A DNA stretch of 64,000 nt from Malacoraja senta (Eukaryota), in NCBI GenBank assembly GCA_038087875.1, contig CM075995.1:2358001-2422000 (forward strand), given 5' to 3'. The first letter of the stretch is position 1, and every line of letters begins with the position of its first letter. The notes under the pieces were generated by a model, which worked only from the letters and a program-made list of their open reading frames with translations, did not search any database and was not told where the DNA came from. The translations under genes and the position numbers were made by a program. This document shows positions 26,611 to 39,977 of this stretch, in pieces.

Positions 26611-27960
26611 TGTGTCTTTTTACAATACTGGAGAGATTTTGAGGAACAGATTATTATTCAGTTTTACACCAATTCACTGTTCTTAACAAATATCTACCCA
26701 TCATGTGAAACCTTACAAATAACAGATATAAATTAGATAACCAAGGCCAAAAGTCAAAAACATTTTTCATAACTGACAAATTTTCATCGTTTTACCACCA
26801 TTTTGGACCAAAAATGTGACATTGAAAACTCTGCCACATTTAGTCATGAATATTAATTCATAATATCCTTCATATGGTCCCTCATACATATACGTTTTGA
26901 TAATGATCTAGGAAATATCTTCAATACCAGGAGAAAATACAGTAACTTGTCTGGTATTCCGCCTCGCAAAGATCCCGTAACGGTCGTTGTGCTTGGTGTC
27001 CATTGTCACAACGACTGTTATCGGGGTCGGTACCTCCATAAGTTAAACCACGGAGGCTCCAAACCTCTAATGCTTTCAAAAACCCAACGAGGTATCCTAT
27101 GGTAGTAGCGATTTTTGGGCGAGTTAATTATTTTTTCTTGTTTTCCAATTTAATATATCAAAAACATCGTGGTGTCCAAAACGAAACGACCGTTTACGAT
27201 ATATTTTCTGACTTTTTAAAATCAATTAAAAAAAAAATTGGACATAAACTGGTCATCAAAAACTAATAAACTGAGCCAATCTTCAATTTGGCAACACACT
27301 GCCTCTTGTTTACCTTTGAGTACGGACCAAGTCGCCAACTTCATTCCTTCGTGTCAACTTCCGGAAGCTCCACAACGACTGTTACAGAGACATTTTACTT
27401 ACTAAAAAAACCATCCCTCATCAAACTTTTTGACGAATCATCGGCCATCGATATAGCTTAAATCCATAAGGTAATGTACCATTTAGATCACATTGGTGAA
27501 AATGTTTAGTTAATGTAACTTTCGTTTTCTGGGACACCAAACTTTTTAGTGTCGACGCAACGTAAGTGTGTGTGTATGATCGTGTAACTTGAGTCGCGGT
27601 GTCCACTCAGATGGATGCAGTATTCTACTACATGATCAGGTGAATGAAGTGGAAACGGTGTTTGCAATTTTATTGTTCCGTGTGGTATTTATAAACATAG
27701 AAAGGAATAAGAAATATGTGTACTTTACTGTGCCAACCAGGTCATTGGTGGACACCAGGCGACAACCGTTACACATAAAGTATTTGTGAATTCTGATGCC
27801 ATTTTCAGAAACTTGCCATTAATATGGTATCTTTTCTTATATTTTTTGTTGATACTCTGTTAGTCATGAACCCAATAAAGTGCTTGTCAACTTTTTTGAA
27901 GGAATTTGAAATGTAACCCCCTTTGTCACATTATTGTGTGCAGTATTGTAAAAAGACTCG
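26611..27960. mobile_element. Non-autonomous TIR DNA transposon with TA flanks (superfamily uncertain, Tc1/mariner-like by TSD)
   Basis: ta|tgtGTCTTTTTACAATACTG ... CAGTATTGTAAAAAGACtcg|ta: a 17-bp perfect inverted repeat within 20-bp termini. No transposase ORF seen. Confidence 0.8.
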
Positions 27961-27988
27961 TATAAAACATGACAATAGAACAGCAAAT

Positions 27989-27994
27989 TTTATT
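27989..27994 (-). promoter_or_regulatory. Candidate CDKAL1 polyadenylation signal AATAAA
   Basis: tttatt on +, about 290 nt past the stop codon, followed on the minus strand by U/GU-rich sequence. Confidence 0.55.
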
Positions 27995-28286
27995 GCTTTT
28001 TACTGAGTCTTGTACATGTAAAATCTCAGAGGTAAATTTCCAAACGAATAAAAATATTTTTCTTGCTGGCAAAAATGGTATACACACAGGAACATGATTT
28101 TTCATGTTGCAGAAATAAAAAAGAATGGCTTTTAGAAATAAAAATTAAATAAAAGAATAGTTTTTAAAGTTCAACCACTGCATCCCCCTTAAAAATATTC
28201 TCTTCATTTGTGTGTAAATATACTGAAACAACATCTCCCGGATCTCTTTACATGTAGAATGCAACTCCGTTGACAGCAGGGACCTA

Positions 28287-28466
28287 TCAGAATATTGCCA
28301 TAGTTACTGCTGTTATCACTGTCAACACAGCCAGCGCCATGTACAGTATCTTCACCCTGGAGCTTTTCAGGTTCCATGGCAACAGGCTTGTGGAGAAGTA
28401 GTTCTCAATGCCCCAGAAGTGATATGCAGGAAGAGCTGATCCGTTCGCACTGAAGGGCTTGAATTC
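28287..28466 (-). CDS. CDKAL1: Probable CDKAL1 terminal coding exon, 59 aa with a C-terminal hydrophobic anchor (EFKPFSANG...KILYMALAVLTVITAVTMAIF*)
   Basis: ccag| acceptor after a long CT tract; phase 0 fits the upstream exon; ends TGA TAG. It ends in a ~20-aa hydrophobic stretch, as expected for tail-anchored CDKAL1. Identity to the mammalian tail is low, so the call rests on position, phase and hydrophobicity. Confidence 0.8.
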   Translation of the reverse strand, partial: EFKPFSANGSALPAYHFWGIENYFSTSLLPWNLKSSRVKILYMALAVLTVITAVTMAIF

Positions 28467-28467
28467 C

Positions 28468-29050
<583 letters not shown>

Positions 29051-29534
29051 GGTGGAAAAAGAAGGCACGTTATTTGATGCCATTGTTTGTAAGGACAGGA
29101 TATTGCTACTGAATTTAAATTAGCACATACAGTAGGATCAATTTTGAGGTGAAACAATCTTTTCGCAAAATAAATAATATCAAACAAGGTTGTAAAACAT
29201 TAAAGGACTAAGAAGCTAAACTAGTGATCTTTTCATAACTTGGTCTGTTTAGATGCACGATCTGAAGCTATTAGTTGGTTCCTCATTTCGGCAGCCATAA
29301 CACAATGTTCTGTGTTTTGAAGTCTTCTGCGGGTTTCCACACCTGAAACGGGAGCAGTCACCCTGGTCTAATGATGCAGGATTATTATGTCATCGAGACG
29401 CGCTCAGTTAAGCGTGAAAATTGAAACCGTCAATCAACCAAAGCGCATGCAATTCCTCCCTCCAATGTTACATTTACAAAAAGTAAAAGGGGTGAAATCT
29501 GTTACAAAAAAACGGACTTCCAACTCTTTACCCG

Positions 29535-29695
29535 TTCTTCTTCATTCGTGTCCTTATGCCATACAGTGGCTCGCCACTGCTGTACACATCGTTGTGCTAT
29601 TGGAGTGTTAAGTGGAAGGTCTGCAGCAGTACATGGATTATCCAGCAATGGGCATTGCAGTAGATGTTGCATTGTCTGGGTCTGTGTGCCCATGA
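29535..29695 (-). mobile_element. 3' tip of an Ingi/Vingi-like LINE
   Basis: QTMQHLLQCPLLDNPCTAADL...AQRCVQQW (half of a C-terminal zinc knuckle), then gacacgaat(gaa)n tail. Confidence 0.5.
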
Positions 29696-29911
29696 GATAC
29701 CCAATGAAGAAACAAGGAACCTGCAGGTGCCGGTTTAAAGGAATATAAGGAATAACACAAAATGCTGGATGTAACTCAGCGGGTCAGGCAGCATCCCTGC
29801 AGAACATAGCTAGGTGGCCATCTCCACTTAGGAGCCCATCAATGAGAATGGGGTGTGTGCATTGCATCGTTTCCCGAGGTTAATTACTATCTCCTTTGTC
29901 TTGCTGATATT

Positions 29912-30215
29912 AGTTTAGAGATATAGCGCGGAAACAGTGCCCTTTGGTCCACCAAGTCCGTGCCGACCAACTATCCCGCACATTAACACTATCCTACAAA
30001 ACACTAGGGACAATTTTACAATTATACCAAGCCAATTAAACCTGCAAACCTGTACATCTTTGGAATGTGGGTGGAAACCGAAGATCTCGGAGAAACCCAC
30101 GCAGGTCACGGGGAGAACCTACGAACTCCGTACAGACAAGCACCCGTAGTCAGGAACGAACCCGTTCTCAGGCGCTATAAGGCAGCAACTCTACCGCTAC
30201 GCCACCGTGCTGCCC
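29912..30215 (-). mobile_element. tRNA-derived V-type SINE
   Basis: Full head, body and tail, as in the other copies. Confidence 0.88.
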
Positions 30216-31704
30216 TTAAGGGAGAGGTTGTTGTCTTGACTCCAGTTACAATGTTCTCAGTCTACTTTCTGTACTCCGTCTTATCATTATTCGATATCCA
30301 GCCCACTAGGCACTATCCACAGGATCGAACCCGGGTCTCTGGTGCTGTAAGCGCCGTAAGGCAGTAACTATACCACTGCGCCGCCGTGCCACCCTCCTTT
30401 CACAGAAGTGATAACAGATGACAAAAAGAAAAATCACTTTTTCACAGATCTCGTTATTCACCACATTCGAGTGGCAACTCACGCCTTCCAAATCAAGGCA
30501 ACCTGTCAACGGCAAAAAGCCTAACCCGCCATTAGTGTTGCACTGATTTGTGATCATCAACTGTGAATCATCCCCATCAGCCTCTAATTCCTTGATCCAT
30601 GGCAGCTTACCTGCGTTTTGGGTTTTTTCCTCTTGTTTCAACAGAGCTGCCAGGAAGAATGGCTTCTCAAAAGAAAAATAACTAGGTTGTTCGCATGCCT
30701 CTTACTCACGAGTGCCAGAATGGGATGGAGCATCAAAGTGGTTGTGCCCCAAGACAAATGACTTCCCCTGGCTCACAAAAAAAAATAGAACGAGGGATGA
30801 AAAGGAGATGAGGAGGAATTTCTTTCGTCGGAGGGTGGTGAATCTGTGGAATTCATAGCCGCAGACGGCTGTGGAGGCCAAGTCAATGGATATTGTTAAG
30901 GCGTAGATTGACAGATTCTTGATTGGTGAGGGTTATGGGGAGAAGGCTGGAGAATGGGATTGAGAGGGAGAGATAGATCACTTAGGATTGAATGGTGGAG
31001 TTGACTCGATGGGCCCAAATGGCCTAATTCTGCTTCTTGACGTGAGCCCCAGTCGCCTCGACGCTGCAGTTGGACTGCTGGACCGCGGGAGAAGAACAAA
31101 GGGAAGAGATAAGACTTTTGCCTTCCATCACAAGTGTTGGAGATTCACTGTGATGGATGTTTGTGTAAATTGTGTTAAGTGTGTGTCTTGTTTTTTTGTT
31201 GTAATGTCATGACTGTAGGAATGAAATTTCGTTCAAATGTTTGAATGACAATAAAAGGCATTCTATTCTATAACCTAATGAACTTATGAAATGTCAAAAG
31301 TGTCCATTATTTGTGGCTTGTGGTATTGTTATTCGATGACTGCAGTGTCCCAGGGTAAAGGTAAGAAACTCCTCTCTCCACAGAGCATCCTACAAATGCA
31401 CTGTGGCAAGCATACTGTTGGGATGCATCACAGCTTGGATCGGGAACAGCTCTGCCCAAGACTGCAAGGAATTGCAGAGAGTTGCAGATGTGGCCCAGTC
31501 CGTCACACCGATCAGGCACCCCACCCTTTCACTCCGTATACACTTCCAAGTTGCCTCGGAAAAGCAGCCAATGTAATCAAAGACCTTCCCCACCCCAGTC
31601 ATTACTTCTCCCCACTCCTGTCAGGTAGAAGCTACAGAAGCGTGCACCCCCAGACTCAGGAACAGGTTCTTCCCTTTATAATCAGGCTTCCGAACGATCC
31701 TTCC

Positions 31705-32345
31705 AATAGACAATAGGTGCAGGAGTAGCCCATTCGGCCCTTCGAGCCAGCACCACCATTCACTGTGATCATGGCTGATCGTCCACAATCAGTACCCCAT
31801 TCCTGCCTTCTCCCCATATCCCATGACTCCATTATCTTCAAGAGCTCTATCCAACTCTCTCTTGAAAGCATCCAGAGATTTGGCCTCCACTGCCTTCTTG
31901 AGGCAGAGAATTTCACAGATTCACAACCCTCTGTGTGAAAACGTTTTTCCTCATCTACGTTCTAAATGGTTTACCCTTATTCTTAAACTGTGGCCCCTGG
32001 TTCTGGACTCCCCCAACATTCGGGAACATGTTTCCTGCCCCTAGCGTGTCCAAATCCTTAAAAAATCTTATATGTTTCAATAAGATTTCCTCTCATCCTT
32101 CTAACTTCCAGAGTATACAAGCACAGCCGCTCCATTCTATCAACATATGATAGTCCTGCCATCCCGGGAAATTAACCTTGTGAACCTATGCTGCACTCCC
32201 TCAATAGCAAGAATGTTCCTTCCTCAATTTGGAGACCAAAGACTGCAACAATACTCAGGTGTCGTCTCACTAGGGCCCTGTACAACTGCAGAAGGACGTC
32301 TTTGCTCCTATACTCGACTCCTCTTGTTACGAAGGCCACATGCCA
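31705..32345 (-). mobile_element. CR1 LINE 3' fragment
   Basis: EYRSKDVLLQLYRALVR motif and the conserved CR1 3' UTR stem-loop with tail. Confidence 0.88.
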
Positions 32346-33844
32346 TTCACTTTCTTCCATAACTACGATACTGTCCAATTCACCTCTACCTCACTACAGA
32401 CATTGAACTTTGTCTCTAGGTTTGCTACAATGCTATATTCTGCACCCTGTATCTTCCACTTTGTACTTCATAAGTAACATTGTTATAAGATCATAAGTAA
32501 TAGGAACATAATTATGCCATTCGGCCCATCAAGGTCTACTCCGCCATTCAATCATGGCTGATCTACTCTCCCTCCTAACTCCATTCCTTTGCATTCTCCC
32601 CATAACCCCTGACACACGTATAAATCAAGAACCTATCTATCTCTGCCTTAATAATATCATTGACTTGGCCACCACTGCCTTCTGTGGTAATGAATTCCAC
32701 AGATTCACCACTCTCTGACTAAAGACATTCCTCCCGCATCTCCTTCCTAAAGGAAAGTCATTTTATTCTGAGGCTATGGGCCTAAGGCTATGGCCAAGGA
32801 AACATCCTCTCCACATCCACTCTACCCAGCCCTTTCACTATTGGGTAAGTTTCAATGAGGCCCCCTCATCTTCTAAACTCCAGAGATTACAGGCCCAGTT
32901 TGATTTGATTTAATTTATGGATTGTACTATCGGATTTGATTGGATTGCATGCAAAACAAGTGTTTCACTGTACCTCGGTACATAGGACAACAGTAAATCC
33001 AAACCTAAACCACTGTTGGGAAAATGGTGGGGACATTACACTTTTATATGGACTTGAAGGCCAGTGGTAACAAAAACTGGTTTAGAAACATAGAAAATAG
33101 GTACGGGAGGAGGCCATTTGGCCCTTCGAGTCAGTACCGCCATTCATTGTGATCATGGCTGAACATTCACAGGCATTAACCCGTGCCTGCCTTCCCCCCA
33201 TATCCCTTGATTCCACTCGCCCCTAGAGCTCCATCTAACGTGCTTGTTGAATTACCCACTTTCCTTCCACTGAACTTTAGCCATTCCCCCAACAGTGCAA
33301 AATGTCTTTCCATGTGTGGACTAGAAACATTTCTTAGTTGTTGTTTTTTTTAGCTCTGTATGGCAATATGCAATGGTTTGGTTTAGTTTTGTTTAGTTTA
33401 GAGATACAGCGCGGAAACAGGCACTCGGTCCACTGATTCCGGCCCCGACCAACGATCCCCACACGTACTAGGGGACAATTTATCTTGATACCAAGTCAAT
33501 TAGTGATCGACATCAGGAAGCGTAAGAGTACTACTCTCCAGTTTGCATTGATGGTGCCGAAGTAAAGATAGTTGAAAACTTCAAAATCCCAGGAGTCAAT
33601 ATCACCAACAACTTCTCATGGACCATGCCTCTACTTCCTTAAAAGGCTTAGGGAGTTCGGCATGTCCTCTACAAACTCTCACAACTTCTACAGATGCACC
33701 GCGGAAATCATTTTATCGGGAAGCATCACAGGCTTGGTTGAGGAACAGCTCCATCCAGGATCACAAGAAATTGCAGTGAATTGTGGACGCAGCCCAGACC
33801 ATCGCACACACAAACCAACCTCCCTTCTATTCCTATAGAAGTTG

Positions 33845-36800
33845 GTAACAGTGTTGAGGAGGAGGATTTTCCTGGAATGTATATGGGATGGGTTTTTAAA
33901 CCAATATGTGGAGGAACCGACTAGAGGGCAGGCCATCCTAGACTGGGACATTGTGTAAGGAGGAAGGATTAGTTAGCGATCTTGTTGTGCAAGGCCCCTT
34001 GGGCAACAGTGACCATAATATGGTGGAATTCTGCATTAGGATGGAGAGTGACACGGTTAATTCAGAGACTAGGGTCCTGAACTTGAGTAAAGGAGACTTT
34101 GAAGGTGTGAGATGGAATGGCTAGGGTAGACTGGCAAATTATACTTAAAGGGTTGGACCGTGAGATGCAATGGTGAAGATTTAAAGACTGCATGGATGAA
34201 CTCCAGAAATTGTTCACCCCTGTCTGGCGAAAAAATAAAACTGGGAAGGCGGCTCAACCGGGCTGAAGAGGGAAGTCAGGATAGTGTTAAAGCCAAGGAA
34301 GAGGCGTATAAATTGCCCAGAAGAAGCAGCAAACCAGAGGACTGGGAGAAATTTAGAACTCAACAGAGGAGGACAAAGGGGTTAATTAAGAGGGGGGGGG
34401 GGGAAAAGAGCATGAAAGAAAGCTTGTGGGAAATATAAAAACTGACTGTAAAAGTTTCTATAGGTATGTAAAAAGGAAAAGATTAGTGAAGACGAATGTG
34501 GGTCCCGTACAGTCATAGACAGGTGAATGTATGATGGGAAACAAAGAAATGGCAGAACAGTTAAACGAGTACTTTGGTTCTGTCTTCACTATGGAAGACA
34601 CAAACAATCTCCCCCGAAATACTAGGTGACCGAGGAACTAGTGGGAGGGGGGAACTGAAGGGAAACTACATTAGTCAGAAAATGGTGTTAGGTAAAGTGT
34701 TGGGGACTGAAGGCAGATAAATCCCCAGGGCCGATGGTCTGCATCCAAGAGTACTCAAGAAGGTGGCCCCAGAAATCGTGGATGCGTTGGTATCATTTTC
34801 CAATGTTCTCTCGACTCTGGATCAGTTCCTGTGGACTGGAGGCAGCCAATGTAACTCCACTTTTTTAAAAGGACAGAGAGAGAAAAACGGGAATTATAGA
34901 CCAGTTAGCCTTACATCGGTAGTGGGAAAGATGCTGGAGTCGATTATTAAAGATGTTATAGCAGCGCATTTGGAAAGCAGTGCCGGGATCAGTCAAAGTC
35001 AGAATGGATTTGTGAACGGGAAATCATGTTTGACTACTCTTTTGGAATTTTTTGAGGATGTAACAAGTAGAATGGATAAGGGAGAGCCAGTGGATGTGGT
35101 GTATCTGGACTTTCAAAAAGTCTGACAAGGTCCAACACAAGAGATTAGTGTGCAAAATTGGAGCACATGGTATTGGGGGTAGGGTATTGACATGGATAGA
35201 GAACTGCTTGGCATACAGGAAGCAAAGAGTAGGAATTAAAGGATCGTTTTCAGAATGGCAGGCAGTGTCTAGTGGGGTGCAGCAAGGCTCGGTAAACAAC
35301 CCCAGTTGTTTACAATATATATTAACGATTTAGACAAGGGAATTAAATGTAACATCTCTAAGTTTGTGGATGACACAAAGCTGGGTGGCAGTGTGAGCTG
35401 CGAGGAGGACAGAGGGCAGTGGAGGCCAAATCACTGGATGGATTTAAGAGAGAGTTAGACATAACTCTAGGGGCTAGTGGAACCAAGGGATATGGGGAGA
35501 AGGCAGGCACGGGTTATTGATTTGGGACGATCAGCCATGATCACAATAAATGGCGGTGCTGGCTCGAAGGGCCGAATGCCCTCCTCCTGCACCTATTTTC
35601 TATGTTTTTTTAAAAACTTGAGGCTGCCGGGTGACTTGGATAGGTTGGGTGAGTGGGCAGAAGCATGGCAGATGCAGTATGATGTGGATAAATCTCAGGT
35701 TATCCACTTTGATGGCAAGAACAGGAAGGCAGATTATTATCTGAATGATGTCAGCTTAGAAGAGGATGTGCATCAAGATCTGGGTGTGCTTGTACATCAG
35801 TCACTGAAAGTAAGCATGCAGGTACAGCAGGCAGTGAAGACAGCCAATGGCATGATGGCCTTCATTGCGAGAGGATTTCAGTTTAGGAGCAAAGAGGTCC
35901 TACTGGAGTTGTACAGGGTCCTGGTGAGACCGCATCTGGAGTATTGTATTCGCTGGAATTTAGAAGGATGAGAGGGGATCTTATAGAAACACATAAAATT
36001 CTTAAACGATTGGACAGGCTAGATGCAGAAAAAATGTTCCCCATGTTGGGGGAGTCCATATAACCATATAACCATTACAGCACGGAAACAGGCCATCTCG
36101 GCCCTTCATGTCCGTGCCGAACATTTATTTATTTATTTATTTATTCATATATATTTTTTAAATTCATCATTATTTATTTATTTATTTATTTATTTATTAT
36201 TTTTTTTTTAAATAAATACTTCCCCCTAGTCCCATCTACCTGCACTCAGACCATAACCCTCCATTCCTTTCCCGTCCATATACCCATCCAATCTATTTTT
36301 AAAGGATAAAATCGAATCAGCCTCCACCACTTCCACTGGAAGCTCATTCCACACAGCTACCACCCTCTGAGTAAAGAAGTTCCCCCTAATGTTACCCCTA
36401 AACTTCTGTCCCTTAATTCTCAAGTCATGTCCCCTTGTTTGAATCTTCCCTACTCTCAATGGAAAAAGCTTATCCACGTCAACTCTGTCTAACCCGCTCA
36501 TAATTTTAAAGACCTCTATCAAGTCCCCTCTTAACCTTCTGCGCTCCAAAGAATAAAGACCTAACTTGTTCAACCTTTCTCTGTAACTTAGTTGCTGAAA
36601 CCCAGGCAACATTCTAGTAAATCTCCTCTGTACTCTCTCTATTTTGTTGACATCCTTCCTATAATTAGGCGACCAAAATTGTACTCCATACTCCAGAATT
36701 GGCCTCACCAATGCCTTGTACAATTTTAACATTACATCCCAACTTCTATATTCAATGCTCTCATTTATAAAGGCCAGCACACCAAAAGCTTTCTTTACCA

Positions 36801-37496
36801 CCCCATCTACATGAGATTCCACTTTCAGGGAACTATGCACAGTTATTCCTAGATCCCTCTGTTCAACTGCATTCCTCAATTCTCTACCATTTACCATGTA
36901 CGTCCTATTTTGATTTGTCCTGCCGAGATGTAGTACCTCACATTTATCAGCATTAAACTCCATCTGCCATCTTTCAGCCCACTCTTCCAAATGGCCTAAA
37001 TCTCTCTGTAGACTTTGAAAATCTACTTCATTATCCACCACACCACCTATCTTAGTATCATCTGTATACTTACTAATCCAATTTTCCACACCATCATCCA
37101 GATCATAGATGTACATGACAAACAAGTGGACCCAACACAGACCCCTGAGGCACCCCACTAGTCACCAGTCCCTGGTGTACACGTACACAGACCCCTGAGG
37201 CACCCCACTAGTCCAGAACCAGGGGTCATAGTTTAAGAATAAGGTGTAGGCCATTTAGGACTGAGATGAGGAAAAACTTTTTCACCCAGAGAGTTGTGAA
37301 TCTATGGAATTCCCAGCCACAGAAGGCAGTGAACGGCAATTCATTGGATGTTTTCAAGGGAGAGTTAGATTTAGCTCTTATGGCAAAGGGAATCAAGGAA
37401 TATGATTTTGGATGATCAGCCATGATCATATTGAATGGCAGTGCTGGCACAAAGTGCCGAATGGCCTATTCCTGCACCTATTTTCTATGTTTCTAT
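33845..37496 (+). mobile_element. Degenerate CR1 ORF2 (late APE to 3' UTR), split by nested CR1 insertions at ~35410-35610 and ~36058-37210
   Basis: NYRPVSLTSVVGK, GKSCLT, YLDFQK motifs; the host sequence resumes (gagtcca|gaaccagggg) after the nested copy. Confidence 0.9.
36058..37165 (-). mobile_element. 5'-truncated CR1 of a second family with an open C-terminal RT frame (36226-37158)
   Basis: SKYTDDTKIGG...WQMEFNADKC...RGDLIEVFK; (ggttatat)n tail. Confidence 0.92.
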
Positions 37497-39239
37497 TGAC
37501 TCCATTTATACCTGAAGCTGCCTCGGCAAGGCCAGAAGCATAATCAAGGACCAGTCGCACCCTGGCCACTCCGTCTTCTCCCCTCAGGCAACAGGTGAAA
37601 ACACACACCATCCAGATTCAGGGATGGAATGTTGTTATCAGGCAACTGAGTAATCCTATCACAACCAGAGAGCAGTGCTGAACTACTATATACCTCTTTG
37701 GTGACCCTCGGACTATCCTTGATCGGACTTTGCTGGCTTTACCTTGCACTAACCATTATTCCATTATCATGTATCTGTACACTGTAAATGGCTCGATTGT
37801 AATCATGTATTGTCTTTCTGCTGACTGGATAGCACGCAACAAAGGCTTTTTACTGTACCTCGGTACACGTGACAATAAACTAAACTGAACAACGTTAATT
37901 CTGCATCGTGCCTGCGGTTGAAATAACATTTTTTGTTTCCTGAGCTTCATTCTGGGTCTGCAGTTTGTGCGCCACAGTGAGCAGACTTCAATCTAATGGG
38001 TTAAATATTGTAGCTTGTTCTGCTCGGAGAACATAAATTTGTTGTGATAGGCACGGTATTGAACCAGGCACTGGAGTTGTGGGAGCTCTCGCCTACGAGA
38101 CCATGAAACATCTTTGCTTGCCAAGCACAAGGTGACCTGGCAAAGGCACTGATCAGAATCGGGGTCGTTGCACCAAACATCAGCCATCAATTTTCTTGCT
38201 CCTGATATGACACGGCTTGTATTAAGAATTTTATATGATGCGAACAACAAATTACAAAGAGGAATTTAAACGAGTCAGGCATTGAAAACATGTTTTATAG
38301 GTTCAATGAAAGAATCAAATCGTCAAACCATTTGCCTAACTTATTTTTACCAATAACCAAATTGGTGTGGCGCAGTGGCGGCACGGTGGCGCAGCGGTAG
38401 TGTTGCTGCGTTACAGCGCCAGAGACCCCGGTTCGATCCCGACCACGGGTGCTGGTTGTATGGAGTTCATATGTTCTCCCTGTTACCGCGTGGGTTTTAG
38501 TTCAGTTGACTGTCACATGTACCGAGGTACAGGGAAAAGCTTTTGTCACGTGCTAACCAGTCAGCGGGAAGTCAACACGTGATTACAATCGAGGATGACT
38601 GGGTGCTCCAATTTCGTCGCACGCTCCAAAGGCGCACGTTTGTAGGTTAATTGGTTTCGGGTAATAATTGTAAATTGTCCCTGGTGTGTTGGGTAGTGCT
38701 AGTGTACGGAGTGATCAGTGGTCAGAAGGTGGGACTCGGTGGGCAGAAGGGCCTGTTTCCACGCTGTATCTCTAATGTCCAAAGTCAAACTGGCCAACTC
38801 CAAATGCTTGTTGGATCACATCATATGATGATGCTCCAACATTCACACTAAGCCCTTTGGAAGGAAATTTATAAAACCCAATCTTTTCCTGTAAACATAC
38901 TGAGTCAAATCTACACAAACCCTTAGCTTTTGATCCAGTTCCCATACTGTGGAGCTTAATTTACAAGAGGCAGTGCACTGACCCTAATATCCTTGCAGCA
39001 ACCCAATTTCCCCCAAAGCTGTGCTGCCTGCCTTCAACGAAATAAAATGTTCTTGCAGCACAGAAAACATGGTGACTGAAAATGGCAAGTATACGTAGGA
39101 AAACCTCCCGAGAAATGACTTCTCCCCCTTTCATGTGTAAAGGAAATATTTTCCAACAATTTACAGTTCATCTTACAAAACTATAAAAGACTTTTCCATC
39201 CCACACAAAACTGTCATTACAGCAAATTGAGTTTTAAAG

Positions 39240-39539
39240 TTTAGTTGAGCTTACTATGGAGATGAAGCGTGGAAACAGGCTCTTCAGCCCACTGAGTCCG
39301 CGCCGACCAGCGATCACCCCCCGCACTAACACTATCCTACACACTCGGGACAATTTAAAATCTACAAAAGCCAATTAACCTACAAACCTGTACATCTTTG
39401 GAGTGTGGGTGGGGAAAACCCACGCAGGTCACGGGGAGAATGTGCAAACTCCGTCCAGACAGCACCCAGAGTCAGGATTGAACCCGGGTCTCTGGCGCTG
39501 TAAGGCAGCAACCCTACCGCTGCGCCACCGTGCCGCCCC
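39240..39539 (-). mobile_element. tRNA-derived V-type SINE, well preserved
   Basis: ggggcggcacggTGGCGCAGCGGtag...GGTTCAATCC head. Confidence 0.9.
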
Positions 39540-39977
39540 ACAGGACTTTTGTATCTACACCTCATGCAAAGATTCTAGTCATAGAGTCTTACCGCATGGA
39601 AACAGGCCCTTCAGCCCAACTTGACAATTCTGTCCAAGATCCCCATCTACAGTAGTCCCACCTGTCCGTGTTTGTCTTATATCCCTCTACACCTGTCCTA
39701 TCCATGTACCTGTCCAAATGTCTTTTAATGACCAATTACTTTAATTCTTTATCCCACTCTGACCACTCAATGCTCACTAGTTAAGCCCATTGTAAATTTA
39801 GGGAATAACACCTCTGTGCTTCATTGTGATGCAGCCCAACTCCTTTCCATTACAACCAGACAACTTGTAAACCAACTGCAAATGGGCAACTAAATAACCA
39901 ATAGAGAACTCAAAATATCAGGTGACCAACATGTTCCGTTTATGCCAGAATTGGCCAGTACCAAAAAGGGTGAAAGG

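Noticed and set aside
39470..39539. tRNA-like sequences with A and B boxes, here and at many other sites
   Set aside because: Heads of tRNA-derived SINEs with attached body and tail, not tRNA genes.
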